Virus record (IMG/VR): IMGVR_UViG_3300033067_000815
Coordinates: 1-34,614 of that record
Source of the DNA: a virus
Taxonomy: Duplodnaviria > Caudoviricetes
Strand: one strand, 5' to 3'
DNA: 34,614 bases
The position numbers and the translations under genes are program-made. Every line of letters starts with the position of its first letter. Within the stretch, counting starts at the first letter, position 1. Of the stretch, positions 8,714 to 17,889 are shown piece by piece. Below the pieces are notes generated by a model. It did not search any database. It saw only the letters and a program-made list of their open reading frames with translations, and had not been told where the DNA came from.

Positions 8714-9661
8714 ATGGCACTGCCATCAAATACCCATACCACGTTCGCTTCCGTCGGCAACAAAGAAGACCTTAGCGACATCATCTATGACGTGACGCCC
8801 TACGAGACCCCGGCGCTGTCGTCTATGGCCAAAACCAAGGCCACGGGCGTCAAGCACGAGTGGCAGACGCATGCGCTGACCGCCTCCAGTGGCACCAACA
8901 AGGTGCTCGAAGGTGACGACGCCACGACCGACGCCGCGACCGTGACGGCCCGCGTCTACAACTATCGCCAGATCAGCGACAAGGTTGCCCGCGTGACCGG
9001 CACCCAAGAGGTGATCGACAAGGCTGGCCGAAAGTCGGAAATGGCGTTTCAGATGCAGGCCCGCATGCGCGAACTCAAGCGCGATGTCGAAACCCGCCTG
9101 CTTGGCAATTACGCCTCGGTGGCCGGTAATTCGACCCTTGCTCCTGAGTGCGCAGGGTTGCAGGCCTGGGTCAAGACCAACATCGACAAGGCTGCAGACG
9201 CTACCGCATCGGCAGGCAACGGAACCGACATCCACACGGATGGCACCGCCCGCGCGCTGCAGGAGTCGCAAGTCGAAGCCTGCTTGTCGCTGGCATGGGA
9301 CAACGGCGGCAATCCGACGGTCGGCTACCTCAACAGCTTCCAGAAGCGCAAGTTCGCATCGTTCTCTGGCTCCAGCACCAAGACGAGCGACGGCGACAAG
9401 AAGAAGGTGGTGAACTCGGTCGACATCTATGTCGATCCGCTGGGCAACGAGGTGCGTCTGGTTCCGTGCCGTCAGGTGCCAACCGATGTGATCTTCTTCG
9501 TCGATCCCGAGTACGTCAAGTTCGCCACGCTGCGCGACTTCAAGTCGTTCGACCTGGCGAAAACCGGCGACTCCGAGCGCAAGCAGATTCTCGTTGAGTA
9601 CACCTTGGAAGTGTGCAACGAGAAGGCTCACGCTGCGGTGTACGACCTGGCCACCTCCTAA
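8714..9661 (+). CDS. Major capsid protein (DUF5309/SU10-like)
   Basis: GNKEDLSDIIY..P.ETP, HEWQT, NYRQI, ELKRDVE, LAKTGDSE motifs; strong codon bias; RBS AAGGA. Confidence 0.93.
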   Translation: MALPSNTHTTFASVGNKEDLSDIIYDVTPYETPALSSMAKTKATGVKHEWQTHALTASSGTNKVLEGDDATTDAATVTARVYNYRQISDKVARVTGTQEVIDKAGRKSEMAFQMQARMRELKRDVETRLLGNYASVAGNSTLAPECAGLQAWVKTNIDKAADATASAGNGTDIHTDGTARALQESQVEACLSLAWDNGGNPTVGYLNSFQKRKFASFSGSSTKTSDGDKKKVVNSVDIYVDPLGNEVRLVPCRQVPTDVIFFVDPEYVKFATLRDFKSFDLAKTGDSERKQILVEYTLEVCNEKAHAAVYDLATS

Positions 9662-9672
9662 ACCAACCCAAT

Positions 9673-9691
9673 AGCCCCTTCGGGGGCTTTT
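9673..9691 (+). terminator. Intrinsic terminator
   Basis: AGCCCC-ttcg-GGGGCT-TTT. Confidence 0.8.
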
Positions 9692-9709
9692 CAACTTTAG
9701 GAGAAAGAC

Positions 9710-10309
9710 ATGCCAAGTTTCAAGACACTACAGCCCAACACGGGCAGCATTCACGTCATCGACGGAGATCCGCTGGACAAGGCAGGCGAAGCAGTTGCAC
9801 CGGCTACCGGCTCGATTGTCACCAAGCACGTCCAGTTCGGCCCGTTTTGCCAGACCACGCTGACGCTGAACAACGTTCCACAGGCGGTCGTTAACGGCAC
9901 GGAGTACCAGGGCACCAAGATTTACGACTTCCCGCAAGGGCGGTTGTTGGTCATGGGCGTCACGGCTACTTTGCAGCAGAAGACGACATCGGCCATTGCG
10001 AGCACGCTCAATAGCGGGTCCACCGGCGCAATCTCGCTTGGAACCGCCACTGCTTCCAACGTGTCGCTGACCGGCACGATGGTTGACCTGCTGCCTTCTA
10101 CCGCGTTCACATCGTCCACGACCATCAACGTCGCAGGCACTGCCGTTTCTGCTGCGCTGGCCGCATCGGCGCAATTCGACGGCACATCGACGGCAAAGGA
10201 TGTGTATCTCAACACCGCCTACGCCACGACGACCGATGTCGATGCGGACGCAACGCAGACCATCAGCGGGACCATCGTAATCACTTGGTGCCAACTGGGT
10301 GACTACTAA
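9710..10309 (+). CDS. Putative capsid decoration/virion protein
   Basis: T/A/S/G-rich beta-type sequence after capsid; RBS AGGAG. Confidence 0.6.
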   Translation: MPSFKTLQPNTGSIHVIDGDPLDKAGEAVAPATGSIVTKHVQFGPFCQTTLTLNNVPQAVVNGTEYQGTKIYDFPQGRLLVMGVTATLQQKTTSAIASTLNSGSTGAISLGTATASNVSLTGTMVDLLPSTAFTSSTTINVAGTAVSAALAASAQFDGTSTAKDVYLNTAYATTTDVDADATQTISGTIVITWCQLGDY

Positions 10310-10312
10310 AAC

Positions 10313-10337
10313 AAGGGGCTTCGGCCCCTTTTTCTTT
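10313..10337 (+). terminator. Intrinsic terminator
   Basis: AAGGGGC-ttcg-GCCCCTT-TTTCTTT. Confidence 0.85.
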
Positions 10338-10347
10338 GGGGCAATTC

Positions 10348-10707
10348 ATGTGCAAGAAACCTGAACTGATCTTCGCCAGCGCGGCGCGCACCGCCACAGC
10401 TTCGGCGACGATGCCTTGCGAGGCGACCGAAGGCCTGTTCTACATCGACGTGACTGCTGCGAGCGTGACGCCATCGGTGGTGTTCACCATTGCCGGGGTC
10501 AGCCCGTCTGGGACAACCTACACCATTCTTGAGTCGGCAGCGATTACCGGCGTCGGAATGACGGTCCTGCGCGTCTCGCCGCAGCTCACAGCGGCAGCCA
10601 ACACCATCGCCAAGGACATGCTACCGGCTGCGATCAAGGTGACGGCCACGCACGCAGACGCCGATTCGATCACGTATTCGATGTACTTCGTCGGCATGGG
10701 TGACTGA
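10348..10707 (+). CDS. Putative virion beta-sandwich protein
   Basis: SAARTAT...IDVTA...PSVVFTI...LP..IKVT.TH pattern; head module position. Confidence 0.6.
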   Translation: MCKKPELIFASAARTATASATMPCEATEGLFYIDVTAASVTPSVVFTIAGVSPSGTTYTILESAAITGVGMTVLRVSPQLTAAANTIAKDMLPAAIKVTATHADADSITYSMYFVGMGD

Positions 10708-11035
10708 CATGATCGATCTGCAGGAAACGACGCAGTACGACGAGTCAACCGATTCGCTGATCGTCACGACCAGCTATGACTCGTCGGACGTGATCGCCGA
10801 CAACGTGATGACTAAGAACCTGCAACCCGAAACCGGGCGCTACAAGGGCGATCTGGTCAAGATCGGAAGCATTCACCTTGGCGACGTGCAGCGGCTCAAG
10901 AACTTGGGTTACAACCTGCTCAGCCCGGACCCGGACGAGGTAAAGCGAACCCTGCTCTACATCCAGAGCGAGGAAAAAGCGCTGCTCTCGATGCCGGGCA
11001 ACCCAATAGGCAAGCGTAAGCAGTCATGGCGCTGA
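10700..11035 (+). CDS. Hypothetical head-module protein
   Basis: Overlapping neighbours at both ends. Confidence 0.7.
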   Translation: MTDMIDLQETTQYDESTDSLIVTTSYDSSDVIADNVMTKNLQPETGRYKGDLVKIGSIHLGDVQRLKNLGYNLLSPDPDEVKRTLLYIQSEEKALLSMPGNPIGKRKQSWR

Positions 11036-11592
11036 AAGTCGCCATCGTTGGGCTCGCTCCAAGCACGCACGACCAGGCGCCTTGGGACGATCCAGCCTGG
11101 GAAAAGTGGGGCTTGCCCTGGGACGACAAGTATTGGGCGCGTATGACGCGGCATTTCGAGATGCATGACGTCGACTTGCTCTATGGGCCGCACAGCAAGC
11201 GCGGCAAAGGCTATTTTGACCGGCTCAAGGACTGCGAAACCCTGTACATGCAGGGCAAGTATTTCGACTTCCCGACATCGCAGCGCTATCCGTTCGAGGA
11301 AGTTGCGGCAAGCATCGGCCAAGCCTATTGGAACAGCTCGATTGCCTACGCGATGGCGCTGGCCATCCACGAGGGCGCGCGAGAGATTGGGATTTGGGGC
11401 GTGGACATGACCGGCGACGACGAATACGGCTATCAGCGGCCCAACATGGAATACCTGATTGGCGTTGCGCGTGGTCAAGGTGTTGACGTGTACATCCCGC
11501 CTGAGTCTGCCTTGTGTCGGTTCGAGGCCACAGGCATCAAGTTCTATGACCACATGCCCACTTACAAACACAGATATGGGTGGCTAGGATGA
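11026..11592 (+). CDS. Putative GT29/GT42/DUF115(Maf)-like nucleotide-sugar transferase-fold protein
   Basis: KVAIVGLAPS N-terminal strand, SSIAYAMALA helix, EIGIWGVDM motif. Confidence 0.5.
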   Translation: MALKVAIVGLAPSTHDQAPWDDPAWEKWGLPWDDKYWARMTRHFEMHDVDLLYGPHSKRGKGYFDRLKDCETLYMQGKYFDFPTSQRYPFEEVAASIGQAYWNSSIAYAMALAIHEGAREIGIWGVDMTGDDEYGYQRPNMEYLIGVARGQGVDVYIPPESALCRFEATGIKFYDHMPTYKHRYGWLG

Positions 11593-12197
11593 TTACCGAT
11601 TATTCAACGCTCAAAACCTCGGTTGCGAACTTCCTGCACCGCTCTGACCTGACCAGCCTCATCCCTGAGTTCATCGCGGACGCTGAGAACCGCATTTTCA
11701 ACGAGTTGCGCATTCGCGCGATGGAAGCATCGTTCAGCAGCGCCATTTCAAGCGGTGTTGTTGCCCTGCCTTCCGGATTTCTTGAGTGGATTTTCCTCTA
11801 TGTGGACGACACTACAGAGCAGAAGCTGAGCCGAAAAGATGCCGAGTGGATTTACACCAAGTACCCGACACGCTCAGGCAGCGGCAGGCCGGTATTCTTC
11901 GCGCGCGAGGGCGATAACGTCATCTTCGGCCCCTATCCTGATTCCGATTACACCATCGCCGGGCGATATTACAAAAAGCTGGACGCATTGAGCGACAGCA
12001 ACACTACCAATTGGTTCATCACCGACGCGCCGGCACTCCTTCGGTATGGCGCACTGTGTGAAGCGGCGCCCTACATTGGCGATGACGCAAGAGTCGCCAT
12101 TTGGGAAGGCAAGTTCAATCAGGAATTGCAGCGGATCAAGCGCACAGAGCAGCGCGAATCACGCAGCGGCTCCATTCTCTACGCAACGGCAGGCTGA
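11589..12197 (+). CDS. Head-tail adaptor protein
   Basis: YSTLKTSVANFLHRSDL...FIADAE.RI...GPYPD...NW...LLRYGAL.EA; ATGA coupling. Confidence 0.8.
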   Translation: MITDYSTLKTSVANFLHRSDLTSLIPEFIADAENRIFNELRIRAMEASFSSAISSGVVALPSGFLEWIFLYVDDTTEQKLSRKDAEWIYTKYPTRSGSGRPVFFAREGDNVIFGPYPDSDYTIAGRYYKKLDALSDSNTTNWFITDAPALLRYGALCEAAPYIGDDARVAIWEGKFNQELQRIKRTEQRESRSGSILYATAG

Positions 12198-13654
12198 TGG
12201 ACAAGCTGCTCGGATTCCTGCCTGACGTAGACAAAACGACGCCGGGCGCCATCATCGACTGTACCAACCTCATCCCCTATGAAAACGGGATGAAGGGCGC
12301 ACCAACTGGCACAACGCCATCGAGCACGCCCGCACTGGGCGCGGCCTGCATTGGTGCGGCGGTGGTCGAGAAGCTGGACGCAACGCGCCGGATATTCGCC
12401 GGTACGACGACGGCGCTTTTTGAGTTGGTCGCTGGATCATGGACCGACCAGACAAGAGTTGGGGCCTATACGGGCGGCAACGATACGCGCTGGAGCTACG
12501 CGCAGTTTGGCGACACCACGCTGGCGAGCAATCTGGCCGACACAATGCAACGCAGCACGACCGGGGCTTTTGCCGACATCGCCACGGCGCCAAAGGCAAA
12601 GATCATTTTCAGTGTCGGCTCTTTCGTGATGGCCCTGAACACGATTGATGGCACTTACGGCACCAGCCCGGATCGGTGGTGGTGCTGTGCGTCATACGAT
12701 GAGACAAGCTGGACGCCATCTGTGACGACACTGGCGACGACTGGGCGGCTTGTCTCCATGCCTGGGCAGCTTGTTGCCGGTGGGCGCCTGGGTGATTACG
12801 CAGTGGCCTATAAGGAAAAGTCGATCTACCTCGGCCAGATGGTAGGCGCACCGAATGTTTGGGACTGGATTCTCGTTCCGGGTGGTGAGGCCGGATGCGT
12901 CGGGCTTGAAGCGTGGTGCGACATCGGCGGAGCGCATTTCTTCCTTGGCCAAGATAACTTTTGGGTGTTCGATGGATCGCGCCCGGTTCCTGTTGGTAAC
13001 GGTGAAATCCGGCAATGGTTTGTGGATAACTCGAATCCATCCTATCGCTACAAAACCAAGTGTGTTTTCGACCGGCAAAACTCTGTTGTATGGGTGTTTT
13101 ACTGTTCAACCTCGTCGACGACGAATGACGCGGCCATCGTCTACCACGTCGGAACAAAGCAATGGGGATCGGTTGACATAGACATCGAGGCGGCATTGAA
13201 CTACATCTCGGCTGGCACGACGATTGACGGGCTGACAGACTTGTCGGCCACGATTGACGGCCTGAGCGGCTACAGCTTTGATTCGCAATATTGGCTATCC
13301 GGTGGGCGAGCCTTGAGCGCATTCAACACATCGCACCAACTTCAACTACTGACCGGCGACAGCTCAACAAGCTCATTCACCACCTGGGACAACGGCGACG
13401 ATGACCGCTATTCGCTGCTGAGCAAGATCAGGGTGAGATTCGCGCCGGGCTATGCGCCAACGGCGGCGACGGTTGAAGTGTTTGGCAAGGCAACAGAAGG
13501 CGCAGGACTCACGACCGGACCGACCGGAACGCTGTCTGACGGCAAATTCGATGTTCTTCAGTCGGCGAGATTTCACCGCTGCACCGTATCCATGACTGGG
13601 CCCAACCGGGTGATCGGATTCGGCATGGACCTTAAGCCGCAGGGTGGTTTCTGA
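12197..13654 (+). CDS. Tail nozzle / DNA stabilization protein (P22 gp10-like)
   Basis: 485 aa beta-propeller-like sequence after adaptor; start overlaps previous TGA. Confidence 0.75.
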   Translation: MDKLLGFLPDVDKTTPGAIIDCTNLIPYENGMKGAPTGTTPSSTPALGAACIGAAVVEKLDATRRIFAGTTTALFELVAGSWTDQTRVGAYTGGNDTRWSYAQFGDTTLASNLADTMQRSTTGAFADIATAPKAKIIFSVGSFVMALNTIDGTYGTSPDRWWCCASYDETSWTPSVTTLATTGRLVSMPGQLVAGGRLGDYAVAYKEKSIYLGQMVGAPNVWDWILVPGGEAGCVGLEAWCDIGGAHFFLGQDNFWVFDGSRPVPVGNGEIRQWFVDNSNPSYRYKTKCVFDRQNSVVWVFYCSTSSTTNDAAIVYHVGTKQWGSVDIDIEAALNYISAGTTIDGLTDLSATIDGLSGYSFDSQYWLSGGRALSAFNTSHQLQLLTGDSSTSSFTTWDNGDDDRYSLLSKIRVRFAPGYAPTAATVEVFGKATEGAGLTTGPTGTLSDGKFDVLQSARFHRCTVSMTGPNRVIGFGMDLKPQGGF

Positions 13655-14334
13655 TGGGCAAGCTAAATGTTACCCCGCGCGTCAATGTGGACGCTGAAAC
13701 AGCAAGATGGTATCGAGAGATCGCCATGCAGGTCAACGCCATCAGCGAGAACAACCGCGAAGCGTTTTACGGTGTTCCGGGCTGGCGCGACATCATCGGC
13801 AAGGTGATTCCAAAGTCTACCGGCGCAGGCAGCCCGACGCGCGCGGCTTACATAGGCGGGCAGATCGGTCAGTACGCCTTCATCGCAAATGACGTGTACG
13901 ACATGGAGTTTCACATACCCCATGACTATGTGATCGGGACTGACATCTACTTTCACATCCACTGGTCGCACAACGGCACATCCATCAGCGGCAACGCCGT
14001 TTTTGACATCTACCACACCTACACCAAGGGACACAATCAATCTGTCTTCCCGGCTGAAAAGAACCTGACGATCACTTACAACACAACGGACATCACCACG
14101 ACGCCACGTTACCGGCATCGGGTTGATGAAGTGATCATGTCTGGCGAAAGCGCGACGGCCACATTGATGGACCGTGATGACATCGAGCCTGATGGCCTTG
14201 TTTTGGCAACGGTCAAGCTCACGACGCTCCCGACGATTGGTGGCGGTGGAAAGCTCTTCATCCATACGTGCGACATCCACTATCAGAGCGACAACCTCGG
14301 CACCAAGAACAAGGCGCCAATCTTCTACTACTAA
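13654..14334 (+). CDS. Tail-associated protein: short N-terminal helix plus beta-sandwich domain
   Basis: Follows nozzle; EFHIPHDY..GTDIYFHIHWS motif resembling 20957 protein. Confidence 0.55.
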   Translation: MGKLNVTPRVNVDAETARWYREIAMQVNAISENNREAFYGVPGWRDIIGKVIPKSTGAGSPTRAAYIGGQIGQYAFIANDVYDMEFHIPHDYVIGTDIYFHIHWSHNGTSISGNAVFDIYHTYTKGHNQSVFPAEKNLTITYNTTDITTTPRYRHRVDEVIMSGESATATLMDRDDIEPDGLVLATVKLTTLPTIGGGGKLFIHTCDIHYQSDNLGTKNKAPIFYY

Positions 14335-14343
14335 GAGGCCAGC

Positions 14344-16086
14344 ATGGCAGTCAATCCATACCTTTCGTCCTCGGGCTCTTCAAATCTTGGGCTCGGCGGC
14401 AACGCTTACGGCGGCTCAAACCCGTATCTGCAAAAAAACATCGACGCCACCATGGGCGATGTCACGCGCAATTATCAGATGGCGATTGCTCCGCAGCGCG
14501 CCAGCGCAATGGCCAGGTCTGGTTCGTTTGGGAATTCAGGCCAACAACAAATGCAGCTTGAGGACCAGCGAAATCTAGGCCAAACGCTTGGCAACATCTC
14601 AAACCAGATGCGCTCTGCTGACTATGCTCAGCAACAGCAAATGTATCAATGGGATCAGGGTAACAGGCTTGCCAACAGAATACAGGATCAGAACTACGCG
14701 CTCGGAAATCGTGGGCTCGACGTGAACGAGCGCATAGCGAATCAAGCGAACCAAACGCAGCGCTACGGCATCGACACAAGTTCAGCGACACAACGCTATG
14801 GGACCGACATAAACGCGCAGACTGCAAGGTATGGAACGGATGTTGCGGCACAAACCGCAACACGCGGGCAAGATTTGTCTACAGGTCTTGGGTATGCTGG
14901 CCTTGAAAATCAATCAAATATTGCAGGGATGCAGAATGAGACGGCATTGCGCGGGCAAGATGTAAATGAGCGCATAGCCAATGCACAAAACGCAACCCAG
15001 CGATATGGAGTTGACACCAACGCTGCAACGCAGCGGTATGGGACGGATGCAAACACGGCACTAGGATACGCGGGGCTAAATAACCAGCTCAATATCGCCG
15101 GGATGAATAACGATACGCAGCGTTATGGGGTGGATGTTGGTGCAGACACGGCAAGGCGCGGGCAGGACATTAACCAGGATATTGCCAATACTCAAAACCT
15201 AACAACCCAACGCGGACAGGACTTAAATTACGAGCTTGGCACCGTTCAAAACGAGAATGCTGCACAGCAGAACGCCAATCAGTTATATCTTGGCAATCAG
15301 GCAAACACCACGACACAGCGCGGACAAGACATCAATCAGGGCATTGCCAATGCTCAGAACCAACTCGGCTATGCAGGCCTAAACAACCAGTTAAACATAG
15401 CAAACTTGGGGAATGAAACACAACTCAATATTGCAGGCATGCAAAATGAATTGGGGTATGCTGGCCTTGAAAATCAATCCAACATCGCCAACGCACAAAA
15501 TCTGACCACCCAGCGCGGACAAGACATCAATCAATCAATTGCCAATGAACAGAATCTGACAACACAGCGAGGCCAAGATCAGAACTACGATCTTGGGGTT
15601 GCAAGAAATGCCAACGATGCAACTGCCAACGCCAATACTCTGGCACTAGGGACGGAGCGTAACGCAAACGATTTAGCGCTAGGGAATGCCAGAAACGCCA
15701 ACGACGCAACTGCAAACGCAAACAACCTTCTCAACTATCAAAACAATTACAACCTAGGACTTGGGCAGAATCAGATTGCTAGCGATACGCTTGATTTCAA
15801 CATCAACCAAGGCAACTTCGACAACAACCTGGCCGGCGCGAACTTCGGCCTCGGCATCGCTGACAGGCAGTTGATTCAGGACCAGCTCGCCATCGATGCA
15901 GGGCAGACGATTCAAAACCAACCGCTCGACTATTACCAGCAGTTCAACAACACCGCAAATGCCGCAGGGTCTGGCGGATCGCAAGTCGCAGTAGACGCGC
16001 AAGGGAATCCGATTCTTGGCGGAGTGGCAGGCGCGAACCTCGGCCTCGGATATCAGAACTACATCCGGCCGGCCTACATCGCCTAA
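14344..16086 (+). CDS. Putative ejection/pilot protein with N/Q-rich repeats
   Basis: NPYL twice, SGSFGNS, 7x RGQD, 6x RYGxD, 4x LGYAGL. Confidence 0.65.
   Translation: MAVNPYLSSSGSSNLGLGGNAYGGSNPYLQKNIDATMGDVTRNYQMAIAPQRASAMARSGSFGNSGQQQMQLEDQRNLGQTLGNISNQMRSADYAQQQQMYQWDQGNRLANRIQDQNYALGNRGLDVNERIANQANQTQRYGIDTSSATQRYGTDINAQTARYGTDVAAQTATRGQDLSTGLGYAGLENQSNIAGMQNETALRGQDVNERIANAQNATQRYGVDTNAATQRYGTDANTALGYAGLNNQLNIAGMNNDTQRYGVDVGADTARRGQDINQDIANTQNLTTQRGQDLNYELGTVQNENAAQQNANQLYLGNQANTTTQRGQDINQGIANAQNQLGYAGLNNQLNIANLGNETQLNIAGMQNELGYAGLENQSNIANAQNLTTQRGQDINQSIANEQNLTTQRGQDQNYDLGVARNANDATANANTLALGTERNANDLALGNARNANDATANANNLLNYQNNYNLGLGQNQIASDTLDFNINQGNFDNNLAGANFGLGIADRQLIQDQLAIDAGQTIQNQPLDYYQQFNNTANAAGSGGSQVAVDAQGNPILGGVAGANLGLGYQNYIRPAYIA
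14700..15720 (+). repeat. Degenerate intragenic repeats (RGQD / RYGxD / LGYAGL / NANDA)
   Basis: E.g. cagcgcggacaagacatcaatca and gggtatgctggccttgaaaatcaatc each occur twice; boundaries approximate. Confidence 0.85.
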
Positions 16087-16095
16087 GGAGTCATC

Positions 16096-16938
16096 ATGGC
16101 ATTTGAATGGACAGACCTACTTCCGCTTGCCGGAGGCCTGCTTGGCGCTGCGGGCAGCCAGGATCAGCAGCAAACACAAAGCAAAACTCCGTGGTCGGAG
16201 GCGGTCCCTTGGATGCGCAACAACCTGCAAACCGGGCAGGACTTGCAGCGCTACTACCAACAGACGCCGTTCAACCAGCAGCAAAAGACGGGCTATCAAA
16301 ACCTGTACAACACACTGGACACGCAGCGCCAGACCAACGGCAACATGATGGACTTTGCGAACCGCATGGCCACCAGCCAATATCAGCGCGCGAACCGCTC
16401 TGGTGATGGCGTTGGACCGACGAGGCCGGCGCAGACTGTCAGCCAGGGCGCAGCGCCATTCGTGCGCGACAACGCCTCACAAGGTTATGGATTGATCGAT
16501 TGGGACGCGCAAAACCCCTACAAGAACGGCACCATCAAGGCGCAGCCAACGCAGGCGGAGCAGGTCAGAGGCTTGCTTGATGCCTACACCGGCTCAAGCG
16601 GCAATGATCGCGGCGGAGACGGCAACACGCCGGGCGGCGGCTCAAGTCTCGACAAGCACAATTCAGTTCCCGGCAGGGCGCTGACCAACGGCGAGAAAAC
16701 CATGCTGAGGGGGTTGCTTGGCCCGCTTGCCGAGCTTCTGACGCCAGAACTCATGGGCGAGATAGGCCGCACATACAACGGATACGGGCAGCTCGGCAAC
16801 AACGGCATGGGCCTGTTTGGCGATGTGACTGGCCCCGGAACGATTGGCGTGCGCGACTTGTACGGCAGCAATGAAAGCCGGGGCGGCTATGGCAACGACT
16901 TCGGCGGCGGGCGTGTTGATCCACGGGACAGGGACTAA
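16096..16938 (+). CDS. Putative internal virion/ejection protein
   Basis: GGLLGAAGS N-terminus, Q/G-rich; RBS AAGGAG. Confidence 0.6.
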   Translation: MAFEWTDLLPLAGGLLGAAGSQDQQQTQSKTPWSEAVPWMRNNLQTGQDLQRYYQQTPFNQQQKTGYQNLYNTLDTQRQTNGNMMDFANRMATSQYQRANRSGDGVGPTRPAQTVSQGAAPFVRDNASQGYGLIDWDAQNPYKNGTIKAQPTQAEQVRGLLDAYTGSSGNDRGGDGNTPGGGSSLDKHNSVPGRALTNGEKTMLRGLLGPLAELLTPELMGEIGRTYNGYGQLGNNGMGLFGDVTGPGTIGVRDLYGSNESRGGYGNDFGGGRVDPRDRD

Positions 16939-16941
16939 ATC

Positions 16942-17880
16942 ATGGGCTTGCTGGGCGATATTTTCAGCTACAGCGACGGCTTGAAACGCAAGCTTCGCGG
17001 ACTGCTGGATGACCCTGTAGGGACGGTTGATCTTGGCGTCAGGCGGTTTGCGGAGGATCAGAACAAGGCCATCAACGACATGCGCGTCGGTTATGGATTG
17101 CTTGGTGATAACTCTGTTCTGGTGAGCGAAAAGCAGAAACGAGAAGCGCGCAAAGCCCTTTCGGATTACGGCGCGAATATGGGGCTGTCAGCGGCTACTG
17201 TCTGGCACGGCAGCCCGCACAAGTTCGATAAGTTCGATTCAAGCAAGATCGGAACGGGTGAGGGAGCGCAGGCTTACGGACATGGCATCTATGTGGCGGA
17301 TTCGCCGGCAGTGGCGCAGGGGTATCAAGAGCGGGTTACAGCACTACGGATGCCGACCGACAGCGTATCGGACGCCGAGGTCGCCGCCGCCAAGAAACTC
17401 TTGACGATCTTTGGCCCGAAAGATGGTGCAACACAGGTCCGCCGGATGGTCGGGGATCGCGCAGACGAGGTTCTGCGAAAGGCGAGCGAGGCTACCGGCA
17501 ACCTCTACAAAGTAGACCTCCCCGACGAGCACATAGCAAAGATGCTCGATTGGGATAAGCCGCTGAGTCAGCAGGCGCCGGAAGTGCAAGCGATATTCGG
17601 AAGCTCAAACAAGATGACGGGCGCTCAGGCATTGAAGGCTATTGAAGCGAATCCAGAGCAATACTTCAGCCAGACCATGAGCGGAAAAGACCTGACCGGA
17701 GCAATGATTCGGCCAGAGCGCGGATCAAGCGAGTTTCTGAGGCAAAAAGGCATACCCGGCATCCGCTACCTAGACGGCGGTTCACGCGGCGCAGGGCAAG
17801 GAACCAGCAATTTTGTCGTATTTCCAGGCAATGAAGGCTTGCTGAAGATTCTTGAGCGCAACGGCATTCCAATCGAATAA
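16942..17880 (+). CDS. ADP-ribosyltransferase-like protein (ART-PolyVal type)
   Basis: VWHGSPHKFDKFDSSKIGTGEGAQAYGHGIYVA, LYKVDLP, GIPGIRYLD...NFVVF. Confidence 0.8.
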   Translation: MGLLGDIFSYSDGLKRKLRGLLDDPVGTVDLGVRRFAEDQNKAINDMRVGYGLLGDNSVLVSEKQKREARKALSDYGANMGLSAATVWHGSPHKFDKFDSSKIGTGEGAQAYGHGIYVADSPAVAQGYQERVTALRMPTDSVSDAEVAAAKKLLTIFGPKDGATQVRRMVGDRADEVLRKASEATGNLYKVDLPDEHIAKMLDWDKPLSQQAPEVQAIFGSSNKMTGAQALKAIEANPEQYFSQTMSGKDLTGAMIRPERGSSEFLRQKGIPGIRYLDGGSRGAGQGTSNFVVFPGNEGLLKILERNGIPIE

Positions 17881-17889
17881 GGACACACA

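Noticed and set aside
8726-10294. Long minus-strand ORFs opposite capsid and decoration genes (and similar elsewhere)
   Set aside because: Antisense shadows expected from GC-rich codon bias; no RBS or motifs
14344-16086. Tape measure protein
   Set aside because: No tail tube, terminator or chaperone genes; context is adaptor-nozzle-ejection
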